A program made the translations under genes and the position numbers. Shown one piece after another: positions 39,618 through 52,619 of a DNA stretch of 64,000 bases. The notes beneath the pieces were generated by a model. The model did not search any database, was not told where the DNA came from, and saw only the letters and a list, made by a program, of their open reading frames with translations. The first letter of the stretch is position 1. Each line of letters starts with the position of its first letter. Source of the stretch: Takakia lepidozioides (lineage: Eukaryota; Plantae; Bryophyta); the NCBI GenBank assembly GCA_030704615.1, contig CM060732.1:70618001-70682000 (forward strand), written 5' to 3'.

Positions 39618-40044
39618 CTATCACCACACTGACGCACCAACAAAACTACATTTGGGCACACGGTAAGATGGCGCACACTAGGTGCGTTCCATTTTAATGG
39701 TCTGAAGCTTTTGAAGAAATGAAATGAAATGAAATAGAGGAACGGCTGCATTTATTTTGTGATCAAGTTCTTTGAAGGTTCCCGCCTTCCCAATCTCATT
39801 AGAAGTATTCAACACTAATGAGCTCAGTCAGCAGCCCATCAGGCTTGGTAAAACAAAAACTTTCGATTTGTGTAACTTTGCAATTGTGATTGCCATCAAA
39901 TGTAGGCAACAAATTATCAGATCATTTGATCTACACGAAGTTGATTCGATAGTTTTACCCTGTTGGATTTGAGCTGAAACATGATTGTTATTCAATGCTG
40001 GGGTTTGAGTTGTTGTTATGGTTTGTGATTATGATTGTACTCTT

Positions 40045-42630
40045 GATCCATGACCTTGTGGTACATTTCAGTACTAGAGATGATACAATTCCCCTGCACT
40101 ATCAAAATACCGAAACATATTCTTCTAATATGTGTGTTTGCAATTTGAGTCTCACTTAGCTGGTAGCTGCTAAATCTAATTTACAACTTTTCTGGTCCAG
40201 TGCTTTGCTGCCAATGTGGTCTGGCCATACCAGAAGCAGCAGGTCTTGTCCACCCCATTGGTGGGGTTGGGAATGTAGAGGGAGATGAGCTCCTCTGCAA
40301 AAGAGGCCTAATCACTTACCTTAGAGCTTACCTCCACACATAAAGATTAGAAGGAACCATTTTGGTACTCCAAGCCACATTGGTCAGAACCTCAGTCAAT
40401 ATGCGAAGCAAATGAGCTCTGAATGGGAGAGTGCATTAACTGCTTTTACCAATGACCTACATGAGAGAACACACCCTTAGCAGTGTTGCCAATAAATGGA
40501 GGCCAGCTGAAACATCATAAAAGATTCCAGGCTACAGCAAGTTACCGCCACTAACCGCGTTATACAATTGGGAAAGATTGGTAGAGTTGAATTCACGATT
40601 GTGTGTTAGCAATCTCGTAAACATTGAGATGCTTTTTCTGTAGAAAAGGTGATGTCCACAGGTCAGGATAGTATGTGTAACAATGGACATGCCAAGCCCT
40701 CCAATTTTCATCGTAACAGATTGGAATTGGTGATAATGGTCCCACTTCCCAATTTGAACTCTCTAGCTCACAGGGAGTGCAACGCATCTCCAATGAAAGA
40801 TATCCATCAAACAAGATCAAGTTCACTAAGGTCCAGGTCAGGAACTCTAAAGGTAGTTAATTCGGTCTGGGCCTACGTAGGGGAGCTGCATTGTCACCCA
40901 CCAATATCTATCGGCCATGGGTTTGACGTGCTATTCTACCCATTGGACAGGCTTACAGATTTTGAATATGCCTCCCCAACCAAACAACAAACTCTCTGCT
41001 TCCTGCAGAACAGCCTAGTCCCAAACAGTCGTCACATTATGCTGCAAACTTGCCCCTCAGCAGCAGTGGCCCAACTCACCTAGTGTTAGCTTTGAAGACC
41101 CCCAGTGCTTGGTGCAGAGCTGGTTTCTTGTTGTTCTGCTTTGTCCCATGGGCCCCCTCTGGACATTAGAGGTTTCTTGCTTGCTTTCTTCCTTCTTTCC
41201 TATGTGTTTTTCTAAGTAAGTATGAACCCTCAATATGCCGATTAGGCATAGTGATTAATAAGAACAACTGTATGGTCAGAAACCTGACAGTCCCAGTGAT
41301 GAAGTTATGATAGAAAGTTCCTTATGGGAAGGCAGGCAAAAAATATGGCACATCTACAAACTAAAAGTACTAGTTCAGTAAGTCAGTCTGTTTCTCTGGG
41401 GCAGGTATGAAGGCGTAGGAACAAGAGGCAAAGACAACTATTTGAAGATTGAGTGACGGACTACACACATATAACTACCTGAGGAGCACCAACCAATACA
41501 TGCCATGCTTCCAGCTTGATTCTTTCCCAGAAGCCAAGGTCCTCTGAGGATGCCAATTTCCCCGTATATGTCGGTGCTGTATGTTGATGGTGCCTTTGAG
41601 TGGATACTGTAGTGGTTTTCCGCTGTTGCCCCTGGCCTGTGAACTAGGCCTTTTATAGAGTTGAAGATGCCCAATTAGAAAGATATGAAGATTTTCATGT
41701 CCCGGCAAACTTCCACCAATTTCCTGTATTATTTTTGTCATTTTGACCTTATCATCATGAGGTCACGTTTAGATTACAAATTAACAGAAACTTTGTGAAA
41801 TAGGTACCCTCCATGACCCTGTGCGCAGAGCTGAGGCAAATGGGATATTGCAACATGTGAATTTGGAAGATCATGATGTAGAGGTTCTTCACATTCTTGC
41901 TCTCCCCCGCTTTGAGAGACTTTGTTTTTGTGGGGGAGGATATAGCTCCTTTCTCTTTGCGCTCCTTGAGCAGTAGTTGCTTTTGGACTGCTTTTTGGTT
42001 CTGGTTTTGTCTCATCTCTCTTGTTTTTTCCCATTTTGTCCCATAAGGTCTTTAAGCTTTCTGCGGACATTATAAAGTACCATTTCATTTTATTTCTTTG
42101 CGTGTTTGCCAAGTTTACCTGAAAGATGACAAGTTTGCTGCACGCCCTGATTCCCTAGTCTTCTTTTAAATAAAATCGGAGTAATGGTCACAACAAAGAG
42201 AACTGGTATGACTAGGACCACGCTCCAATGGAGATATAGAGTGCCCTAGCAGGCGGTCATGTGCTTTCCTGCAAGTCTGAGAGATTGAATTCAAATGGAG
42301 GTCCAGTGTATCAAAAGTCCCATAAACTACATAAAGTGTGCGCAGGAAAATGAGAAAAAGATCTGAGCCACTTGTCGTTGACTTTCAGGTCACAGCGGCT
42401 GTCCAAAGGCTTAGGGAGGTCCAACCATATTTTCATGTGAGACAAGTGACGTGTGATCTCCTGATGTCTGGGTCAGACTCATTTTGGGGCATATTACAGA
42501 CTCAATCATACCGTGCCCAAGCATGTTTGACGAAAATGAAGAGAAGGTGGGTACCAACATCATGGCCGACTCCAAAGAAGATGGAGAGAAGGTAGAAGTG
42601 ATCGTGTTACAGGATCTGGATTGAGGACTC
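40045..42630. pseudogene. Second copy of the MinE-like relic, with 40045-41712 inverted relative to the other copies
   Basis: 40045-41712 is the reverse complement of about 49910-51550. 41715-42630 is colinear with about 51590-52615 and 28760-29640. Confidence 0.8.
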
Positions 42631-45470
42631 AGAAGCAGTTCTGGTTATAAACTTCAAAACCAATCCGTGAATTGGATTAATGGTGGATGAGGGTCCCACC
42701 TCAATTGAAGGGGATACGTCACTACCCACCTCGGAGGTGTTGCTCGGCTTCTTGCTTCCCTCAAAGGTTTGCATACCACCCTCTGCCTCAACCCCTTTCT
42801 CTTTCCCCACATCATGAGCATGAGTCCCACCATCTATGGGGTCCGAATCAGCATTTACAGTCACCTTCATTGCAGCCCCCTCTTTCTCCCCTGCAGCCTT
42901 CCCCCCACTTACACTCTCCTTCTGCACTTGTGGCAACTCAGCGCTTTCCCCACCCCCTCCTGGCAACACCTCACGGTTAGATAGAATGGTGTCAGGAGGG
43001 GGCTCTTTGCTACTTGAGCCAGGGAGAACTTGTTGTTGCATGGATGTCATGAGTTCCAGAAGTTGTGCCAACTGCTTCTCCATTTCAGGGAGTTTCTGAA
43101 TTGTTTTCTCCATGTCTTGCGTTTTTGACATTTGCCTCTCGATGGCTGTGATGCGTGATGCCAAAGAACTGCCGCCTCCCTGTGCATACAGAAAAGAGCA
43201 TTAGTCATCTCACCTCTTTCAACTCTACACCTACCTCAACTTGCACCCTACCCAAATTCTGTTTGTGCAAATGGATGGAGAGGGCTGGGAAGGATGCAAG
43301 TGCAAATACCCGGCACATGGTGGCCTCCGAAGGTGCTTCCCCATCATTGTTTGGCTCCTGCCCAAGTTCAGATAGAGAGTGGTCGCGGCTTTTCTGTTTT
43401 TTCTGCACATTTGTATTTTCCCACAACGTGGCAAATATGAGCCCTCAACATGTAGCCAGAACCAGCTCCTAACTAGGACCTTACATACAAGGCTTGCCGT
43501 GGATGAGGTGTGGTACTTGGGTCCTATGTCATGTGGCAATCACACACAAATGAAGGCAAAACAAGAAAGTGCCACAAGGCCAAAAAAGGTAAACAGCAAA
43601 CAGACACACAAACCATATCTGACAGCTTTAGTAGTGGCTTGGGAAACAGCTGCCTTGTGCTTACCAACCGGGCTGCTTGGCCAGCAACACCTGCGCGACC
43701 CCAACGTGAGGGATTTGTGACACAAGCACGGGCTTGCTTCATACTTTCAGTCTTGGCCACTCCTGTTGGGGACTCCCAGTACTCCACAAGGCGATCCCAA
43801 TATGCAGGTTTGGTGTTCACAGGTCTAACTCCCTTCCCCTTCCATATTTCCTTCAGTCTTGCACGCTCACCCTTCATTATCTTTGCACTCGCCCTAGCTA
43901 CAAACTCTCGACTCACAGGGTGGGGATAGTACTCATAGGTCTCGTTCAGCATGTCCACCACTGTTGTGATGGCCACTGCATCTTGCATATCAACATTCTG
44001 CAGACTTGGATCACAGAACGTAAGTGCCAGACTACGCAAGTCTCGCTGCCAATGGTCCTTACCTTCACTCCCCGCATCTATTTTTCCAAGGGTTGTTACC
44101 TCCACCTTGTGGCGCTTCAGACCTTCTGCCACCCTTGCATCCCCCTTGGTTTCCCATGTCTTAAGGGTGCGCCGGCGTGCACGCCTCAACTGTGTGGCGC
44201 GGCTGGGCTGTGGACCATCCTCATCATAACCATAATCACGAGTGGGGGGCGGCCATTGCGAAGGCCCTTGGGAAGATGCAGGCTGCCATGTCCATTGTAG
44301 TTCAAATTTCAGTCTAGTTCCGAGAGTGGGTAGACCCTTCAGGTCATCCATGATGGCCTCCCCCATGTCACAGACTGGAAACAAGTTCAGGGAAGTTTTC
44401 TGCTTAACTTCATTTTCATCAGACAATTTCCTGGCAACAGACATGGCTTTGGACACTACAGCCTCTAAGGCAGATTTAACCAGCAGGGTCAAGACTTGCG
44501 GGCTAATATTCAGATCCTTGAGAATCTCTAGAAGACTCTCTTCCGCCAGGACTTAGCCTGTTTGACAGGGCAATCCTGTTTCCAACATATAGAGTCGATT
44601 AACTTAGGAAATCTGATGTTGGAAATATGTTGCAGCTGACCCACCACCTGACCTTGAATTCATCTCGTCGAGAGCTTAACGAAGGGATGCCAAACTCACC
44701 CCGAACAGCCACATTGGCTGTTTTGGAGTATGATGACATACTCCTTAAGCACCCCAACTCTAATCGACTCTAGAGACTTAGCCTGGTTGGAGTTTTCAAC
44801 CCATATTGCAAATGCGTACTCGACCAAGGCGGGTCTAATAACGGGACAAAGTTGACTTGACCTCAGAGTTGATCCCTCTGCAGTGGAAAATTTAGTGAGA
44901 CCCAGCGCTTTGCGCTTGCCAGTTTGAACAACTTTCTGAATATGTGCATCCTAATTACAGTTCGAGGAAAACTCAACGCCGAGGTGTCTGTAGGAGGGAG
45001 GACCGAAATCTCTTGGCTTCCCCACTGCCACTTGAGATCATCCCCTCCCTCTACTCGGTCCTTGAATGCCACCACTGCACATTTACTGACATTAGCCTCT
45101 AGCCCCCAAAGGTCAAAGTATCTCTTCGCGCAATCAATCAACTCATGGAGATCGGAAGGAGTCTCCCCTATGCCTGCGATACCTGGAAAGCCTGAACTAC
45201 TTGATTATACCAATGTATGTCACACTACCGGATAGAGCCCTTCACACAGGTTTGAGGGTTCTTTGGATACGAGTCACCTGTGCAAGTGCGGGGCCTTTGT
45301 GGCGTTTCCTCGACATGCCTTCAAGAGGTGGACTGGCACCTTCCGCGCTGCTCCCCTCCTTTTCCTTGCACCTTCCACGCTGCTCTCCTCCTCTGCCTCT
45401 TCCTTGCCTGGTGTGTCGTCCGAGGTGTTGGACTTGGAGCATGTCCGCAGCCCAAAAGGTAGGGAGTGTG
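42607..45470 (-). mobile_element. CACTA TnpA-like (plant transposase Ptta/En/Spm, Transposase_24-type) gene, copy A, interrupted by a LINE
   Basis: RPVNTKPAYWDRLVEYWESP..KTESMKQARACVTNPSRWGRAG matches the W..LV.YW.S...K..R......G pattern. A coiled-coil C-terminal exon lies at 42607-43180 and an acidic/NLS-like 5' piece at 45240-45470. Confidence 0.65.
44297..45190 (-). mobile_element. LINE fragment (same family as 7700-9052)
   Basis: IDCAKRYFDLWGLEANVSKCAVV..KTANVAVRGEFG..LPTLGTRLKFEL. Confidence 0.85.
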
Positions 45471-46199
45471 TGCTCCTTACAATGGGGACGGAAGGAGCTG
45501 AAGAATGACTTGTAGCAGGCCAAAACCCACGAAATATGAAGTGGGACCCCAAAGCAAGGAGAGGCAAAGTACAGCAGCAGAACACTTACAGAAACAGGAA
45601 CTCTGCTGAACAATGTGGAAAATGCGGGGAGTGTGGGGCTCCTTCACAATGGGCACACTGACTACTTGGCCCAGCTGCATGCATGGAGACTGTAGAGAAA
45701 ACCACAGTAGATTGAAAGGGGAGGAAATGACACTGTTCAGCACGCGAAGTCGCATGCAACCAAATCCATCCGTTCATTTCGAAAAAAACATCCACGTGTA
45801 ACAAATCCGAGGTCGTGAACATGACGACTTGAAGTTGACTGGTGATCCACATTGCTGAGCAACGTCAAGAGTTGAAGGTGTAGGGGTGGTGTAGGTCACT
45901 GCAAGCAACATTGCACCACAAGAATTGTAAATGATGAAGGCTGCTGTGTCACAGAGGCAAGGCACATTTGGCCGTCCAGCATCCATTGCAGATAAGACAT
46001 TCACTAGATAATGCATTTAGTGCTATATGTACTTGAACGAATGAACCTTGTCCATAAGCATTTATGGGCCGCCCTTGAGCGAAACTGCTCAGTGCTAGCT
46101 TGTACATCTTGTAGAGCATCGCAGATGATCAGGATTCATCTCAAGTCTGAGGATGTGTTGGGCAACTTTGGGGAGCTTCGGTGCTTTTGAAAGACCTGG

Positions 46200-49100
46200 C
46201 GGACAAAACTAATATTAGTCCAAGCTGATCGTTGCCCACCTGCATTCGAGACTTGCAAGCAAAGCTGTAGGAGGGCATAGAGCAGAGGTCATGGGGACAT
46301 CGGGACCAAGCTGAGCTGAAAGGAAACTGATCGGGACGTGATGTTGTACTAGGGGATCCTGTCGGCTCAATTTGGCAGCTGGCTATTTTGTTTCTAGTCT
46401 GCGTGCAGAACAGATAGCGCTTCTGTGAGAACCACGCAAACTGGCGGCTAATGTGAAGGGGTTGGACGTTGGTACTCTCTTCGCTGAGCAGCTATTTAAA
46501 GTGTGGCAGAGCTTACATCAACACCATCCAGTACTGCCGCACTATGACAACAAGGATGCGGCATGCGAAGTATGGCCGCCGATGGTCCTGATAGATCCAG
46601 TAAAGTATATTGGGGATATCACAGCTGAGTGCCTTGAGGGGAACTTGAAGAATCTGGATTTGGAGTTTTGTCCCGAACGACTTCACGAACTTGAAGGAAA
46701 GCTTGGTTGGAAATATTTGTTATACGTGTTCCCACCTTTGGGTAGCTCATATGTCGACGCTAAGAGCTTGGAACGGAATTGGGAATCCGTAGAGCCCAAT
46801 AGTTGCACGGCCACAAGTTCGGAGGCGATTGCCCTGACAAGGTGTTCTTATGCAACGGTAGCAGACATGAATATGATCGACCCAGCCAAGCAGATTGTGA
46901 AGGGATGGGCACCCCTGACGACCTCCAAAAGCCCAGATCTAAGCTCATTTCATTCTTCAGCCTTTGCCGTTTACATGGTTTGTGAATATCTCGCTCACAC
47001 GCACTTCGCCCTTGGGACATTGCAAACATTTTCCCTCTTTTCTCTCCCTCTCTCTCTCATGTTCATGTTTTCTTCCATTTTGTCCCATAAGCTCTATGAG
47101 CTTTCCGCGGACGTTATAAAGCACCATTTCATTTCATTTCATTTCTCTCTTCCACTATGAGGATAAAAAATGCTTGGGAGCTTACCTGCACGAGGCCTTC
47201 ACCCTTAGACAATCCCTCGAGCAATAGTTTTATTTTTGGCTCTGGTTTTGTTTCCACTCATGTTTTCTACCATTTTCTCCATGAGCTTTCCGCGGACGTT
47301 ACAAAGCACCATTTCATTTCTGGATTTGGTAAATGCCTTATTTGTTCTTTTATTGAGTTTATAAGCTCAATGGTGGGTCATATACCTAGAGCAATGAAAC
47401 TCCCGAAGCTTTGAGATGTCCCATTTTGCATGATGTTGCACATCTTTCCTGCTGTAGCTGCTGGAGACCTGGTTTCTAGCAGTTTTCCTTCATGACTAGT
47501 AGTTTTCCTTCACTCTACATGTATTGGACCTGGAGTAGCAGTGGCAGCATGGTCATGGTCGCTCACATATGCTATCTACCAAGACCCAGATAATTTTCAG
47601 GTCTTCACAGATTTCAATCTACTGGGGACGACCTAAGATCCTATTTCTGTGTCTCTTGGTGTTAATCATCTCAGCGACCCAAACATCCCTGAAGATGTAG
47701 TTTCAGCACTGGGAACTCACTGCAGCTAGCAGGCATTTTTATACGAGAAAGAGAGGAACATTTTCTATTTTCAAGTGAAAGAGAGATCTGGCCAAATGTG
47801 ATGTTCAAGATTCTATCAATGGTATCTCACAGGATAAGGTCGGCTAAAGAAAAGGAGATGGACGCACTGGAGGTCATGGTAATACTGGAGAGTGAACTTG
47901 CTACAGCTGAGCAATTGGAACTAGATAAATGTCATGAAGAATTCTGGTTATCACTAAAGACATCTATGCGGCAATGTAAGAAGGATGTAATGAAGGTTAG
48001 CCTTTTCTCTCTCTATCTTCCATATTTCATGCTATCGTGTGTTTTCCAGGCAAGAATACATGATCTTGATTCCTTCATGTGGGGGTCCTTTTGTAAATGT
48101 CATCACGAATTCTGGTTACTACTACAGACATGTATGCAGCAATATGAGGAGGATCTAATGAAGGTTAGCATTTTCTCTCTCTATCTTTCAATTTTCATGC
48201 TATCTATACATGTGCTTTCCAGGCAGGAATACATGATCTTGATTCCTTCATGTGGATTAGTGGTGGGTCCTGTTGCTGAAAGGTATTGGTGGTTTGTCAG
48301 CTCCTACTGAATTGGCAACAAAAACAAGAGTGATCCATCTTGGAGCAAAGGGTGAATGAAAGGATGCAGTTGGTGGAGCACACTGAAGTTGCCGAGAAAG
48401 AGACACTCATGCTTGAAAGTATGATGTCCATAGAAGCTACTGTCGGGGTGATGAAAGAGGTGAACCGCTTTTTTTGAGCTAAAGCATTAACAATCACCTT
48501 TCTATTCACTTGTCACTCTCACTGAATGGTCTCTTTGGTGAGTATCAGGTTTCCATTGCAGTGACAGCAATGCAAGCTTCAGTGTGGGTGCACTCAGTTA
48601 TTATTGCAACACTCTTTGCATCACAAGTGACTTGGGTGGCCTCTACCGAAGGCTTTTAATGCAAGTGCCAAAAGACATGTAAACCACATGGGGTTGTTGG
48701 ACAAGGTTCTATCTTATATATAATATTGTAGAGAATGTATGATGTCACAAGTCTTAGGTGATGCCTTCTCTAGTTTTATCTCACGAAGCTAAGATTGTTG
48801 AATCCCTTGTCTTCAAAATTTTGATGGTCAAATGGTTTTTGGAGTATTTGTTGGATTTGTTGCAGATCGAGAATGTCACCAGATCAGAGAAGGAGGACAT
48901 GGAGAAGAAGTACAAAATGGAAGTGGCTAGGCTATTGAGAGAGAGAAAGAGGACATGGAGAAGCACCACAAAACAGAAGCGGCGAGGGCATTGAGAGAAA
49001 AAGAGGACATGGAGAAGCACCACAAAATGGAAGAATTGACGGTAGTGAGAGAATTGAGAGTGACAATGTACAGGGAGATGAAGAACAAAATGGAAGGGGA

Positions 49101-49446
49101 GAGGTTATTGAAAGAGAAAGAGGACATGTAGAAGCACCACCAAATGAAGGAGACATTACAAAGAGAGCTTCAGGAGGCAAGGCAAACACTGCACGAGCTT
49201 GAGCAAAGTATACAGGAAGAATCCGAGTGCGCAGTTTGTGCTCGAGAAATGGAAGGCATCAAGGGGACTCGGAAAAGGCCATTGAGTAACTTTGGTGTTG
49301 AGCCAGCTCGAAAGAGAGTGTGTTTTAAACCGTGCAACCATGCCGGGGTGTGTGATGAGTGTGCCATCAATATTTGGACCCGTACTCAGAAATGCCCGTT
49401 GTGCAACACCCAACTCACTGAGAAGCCAACTGCCATTTTTTTGTGA
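46200..49446 (+). pseudogene. XS / coiled-coil / RING gene, copy B (middle exons deleted; frameshift and stop in the coiled-coil exons)
   Basis: XS ORF 46453-~46950 (EVWPPMVLIDP..SYVDAKSLERNWE). RING ORF 49144-49446. gagtgatcc insertion at ~48330 and TAG at ~49128. Confidence 0.7.
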
Positions 49447-49904
49447 CTATCACCACACTGAAGCACCAACAAAACTACATTTGGGCACAATGTAGGATGG
49501 CACACACTAGGTTGGTTCCATTTTAATTTTTTCTGAAGCTTTTGAAGAAAGAGAGGAACAACTTCATTTATTTTGTTATCAAGTTCATTGAAGGTTTCCG
49601 CATTCCCAATCTTATTAGAAGTATTCAACACTAATGAGCTCGGTTAGCAGCCAATCAGGCTTGATAAAACAAAAACTTTAGAATTGTGTAACTTTGCGAT
49701 TGTGATTGCCATCAAATGTAGGCAACAAATTATCAGATCATTTGATCTACACAAAATTGATTAGATGGAGTAGTTTTGCCCTGTTGGATTTGAGTTGAAA
49801 CACGATTATTATGCAATGCTGAGGTATGGAGTTCTTATTATGGTTTGTGATGATGATTGTACTCTGAAGTTCAGTTTAGAAATAGGTACATGACAGCCAT
49901 GATT

Positions 49905-52615
49905 CGGTTGAAGTTTGCCGGGACATGAAAATCTTCATATCTTTCTGTTTGGGCATCTTCAACTCAAGAGAAGGCCTAGCTCACAGGCCAGTGGCAACAG
50001 CAGGAAAACCACTACAGTATCCACTCAAAGGCAACATCGACATACAGCACCGGTATCACATGTACGGGGGAATTTGCATTCTCAGAGGACCTTGGCTTCT
50101 GGGAAAGACTCAAGGAAGCATGGCATGTATTGGTTGGTGCTCCTCTGGTAGTTATGGTGTGTAGTCCGTCACTCAATCTTCAAATAGCTGTGTGCCTTTC
50201 CTCTTGTTCCTTCGCCTTCATACCTACCCCAGAGAAACTGACTGACTCACTGAACTAGTACTTTTAGTTTGTAGACGTGCCATAGTATTTACCTGCCTTC
50301 CCACAAGGAACTTTCAATCATAACTTGTTCACTGGGACTGTCAGGTTTCTGACCATACAGTTGTTCTTATTAATCACTGTGCCAAATTCGGCATATTGAG
50401 GGTTCATACTTTGATAGAAAAACACATAGGAAAGCAAGGTGCAAGAGACCTCTAACGTCCAGAGGGGGCCCGTGGGACAACGCAGAACAACAAGAAACCA
50501 GCTCAGCACCAAGCACTGGGGGTCTTCAAAGCTGATAGTTTCTGCCAAAGATTGTGGGTCCCTAAAATGATAATAGTGCCTTCCTCATATCTTGTAGTGT
50601 GCCAGGCAGAGGACGTTCCATTAGCGGTATCCCAAATGACTAGGTGAGTTGGGCCACTGCTGCTGAGGGGCGAGTTTGCAGTTTAATGTAACGACTGTTT
50701 GGGACTAGGATGTTCTGCAGGAAGCAGTTTGTTGCTTGGTGGGGAGGCTTAATCAAAATCTGTAGGCCTGTCCAATGGGCAGAGTAGCACATCAAACCCA
50801 TGGCTGACAGATATTGGTGGATGACAATGCAGCTCCCCTGCGTAGGCCCAAGAACCGAATTAACAACTTTAGAAGTTCCTGACCTGGACCTTAGTGAACT
50901 TGATCTTGTTTGATGGACATCTTTCACTGAAGATGAGTTGCACTCCCTGTGAGCTAGAGAGTTCAAATTGGAAAGTGGTAACATTATTATCACCGATTCC
51001 AATCTGTTGTAATGAAAACTGGAGTGCTTGGCATGTCCATTGCTACACATGATACCCTGACCTGTGGACATCGCCTTTTCTACAGAAAAAGCAGTTCAAA
51101 TTTTAGAGATTGCTAACAGGCAAACGTGGATTCAACTCTACCAATCTTTCCCAACTGTATAACGCGGTTAGTGGCGGTAACTCGTTGTAGCCTTGAATCT
51201 TTTATGGTGTTTCAGCTGGCCTCCATTTATTGGCAACACTGCTAAGGGTATGTTCTCTCATGTAGGTCCTTGATAAAATTAATGCACTCTCCCATTCAGA
51301 GCTCATTTGCATCACATATTGACTGAGGTTCTGGCCAATGTGGTAAGCTCTAGCAGTAAGTGATTGGGCCTCTTTTTTAGAGGAGCTCATCTCCCTCTAC
51401 ATTGCCAACCGGACAAGACCTGCTGCTTCTGGTATGGCCAGACCACATTGGCAGCAAAGCACTAGACCAGTAAAGTTGTAAATTAGATTTAGCAGCTACC
51501 AGCTAAGTGAGACTCAAATTGCAAACTTGTACCACAAGTTCATGGATCATCTTTCTTGGAACAGGAGGTAATGGGATGCACATGTATTGTCCAATTTTCT
51601 CTATTATTTTTGTCATTTTGACCTTATCATCATGAGGTGACGTGCAGATTACAATTTAAACTTTGTGTAATGGGTACCCTCCATGACCCTGTGAGCAGAG
51701 CTGAGACAAATGGACTATTGGAACATGCGGACTTGGAAGATGAAGATGTAGAGGTTCTTCACATTCTCGCTCTCCCCTGTTTTGAGTGACTTCGTCTTTG
51801 TGGGGGAGTATATGGCTCCTTTCTCTTTGGGCTCCTTGAGCAGTAGTTGCTTTTGGGCTGCTTTTTGGCTCTGGTTTTGTCTCCTCTCTCTTGTTTTTTC
51901 CTTTTTGTCCCATAAGCTCCGAGGATTCCACGGACGTCATAAAGTACCACTTCATTTCATTTCTTTGGGTGTTTGCCAAGTTTACCTGAAAGATGACAAG
52001 TTTGCTGCACGCCCTGATCTTCTAAAAAAAAAATGGAGTAATGGTCACAACAAAGAGAACTAGTATGACTAGGACCACGCTTCAATGGAGATATAGAGTG
52101 CCCTAGCAGGCGGTCATCCGCTTTCCTGCAAGTCTGAGAGATTGAATTCAAATGGAGGAAAAGTCCCATAAACTACATAAAGTGTGCACAGGGGCGACAA
52201 TCACATCTGACTCTTCTGCTGACTACTCACCAAGTTCAAGCCACATGCAATTGGGTCTGGCACAAGTTTAGCAAGTATTTACCAGGAAAATGAGAGAAAG
52301 ATCTGAGCCAGTTATCGTTGACTTTCAGGTGACAGCGGCTGTCCAAAGGCTTAGGGAGGTCCAACCATATTTTCATGTGAGATGAGTGACGTGTGATCTC
52401 CTGATGCAGACTTGCGAAAGAGTAATAACAGAATTCGATGAGGATCCGGGTCAGACTCATTTTGGGGCATATTACAGACTCAATCATACCGGGCCCAAGC
52501 ATGTTTGACGAAAATGAAGAGAAGGTGGGTACCAACACCATGGCCACATGACTCCAAAGAAGATGGAGAGAAGGTGGAAGTGATCGTGTTACAGGATCTG
52601 GATCGAGGACTCAGA
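49905..52615 (+). pseudogene. Third copy of the MinE-like relic (5'-truncated)
   Basis: Colinear with about 27195-29640. Confidence 0.75.
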
Positions 52616-52619
52616 AGCA

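Larger units (their letters stand above)
34678..46112 (+). repeat. Tandem segmental unit A (~11.4 kb): XS-RING gene, MinE-like relic and TnpA-like gene
   Basis: Starts ctgaggatgtgt.gggcaactttggg and ends agcttgtacatcttgt. The same termini bound unit B (46147-57045). Confidence 0.85.

Noticed and set aside
42205-42225. actaggaccac match to the hairpin inner stem as a miRNA target (also ~52068)
   Set aside because: Only 11 nt match, which is too short for plant miRNA targeting and could be chance.
45223-45232. CACTACCGGA (also at 55561) as a CACTA terminus
   Set aside because: It lies inside the TnpA-like gene region, and I found no matching inverted partner or 3-bp TSD.
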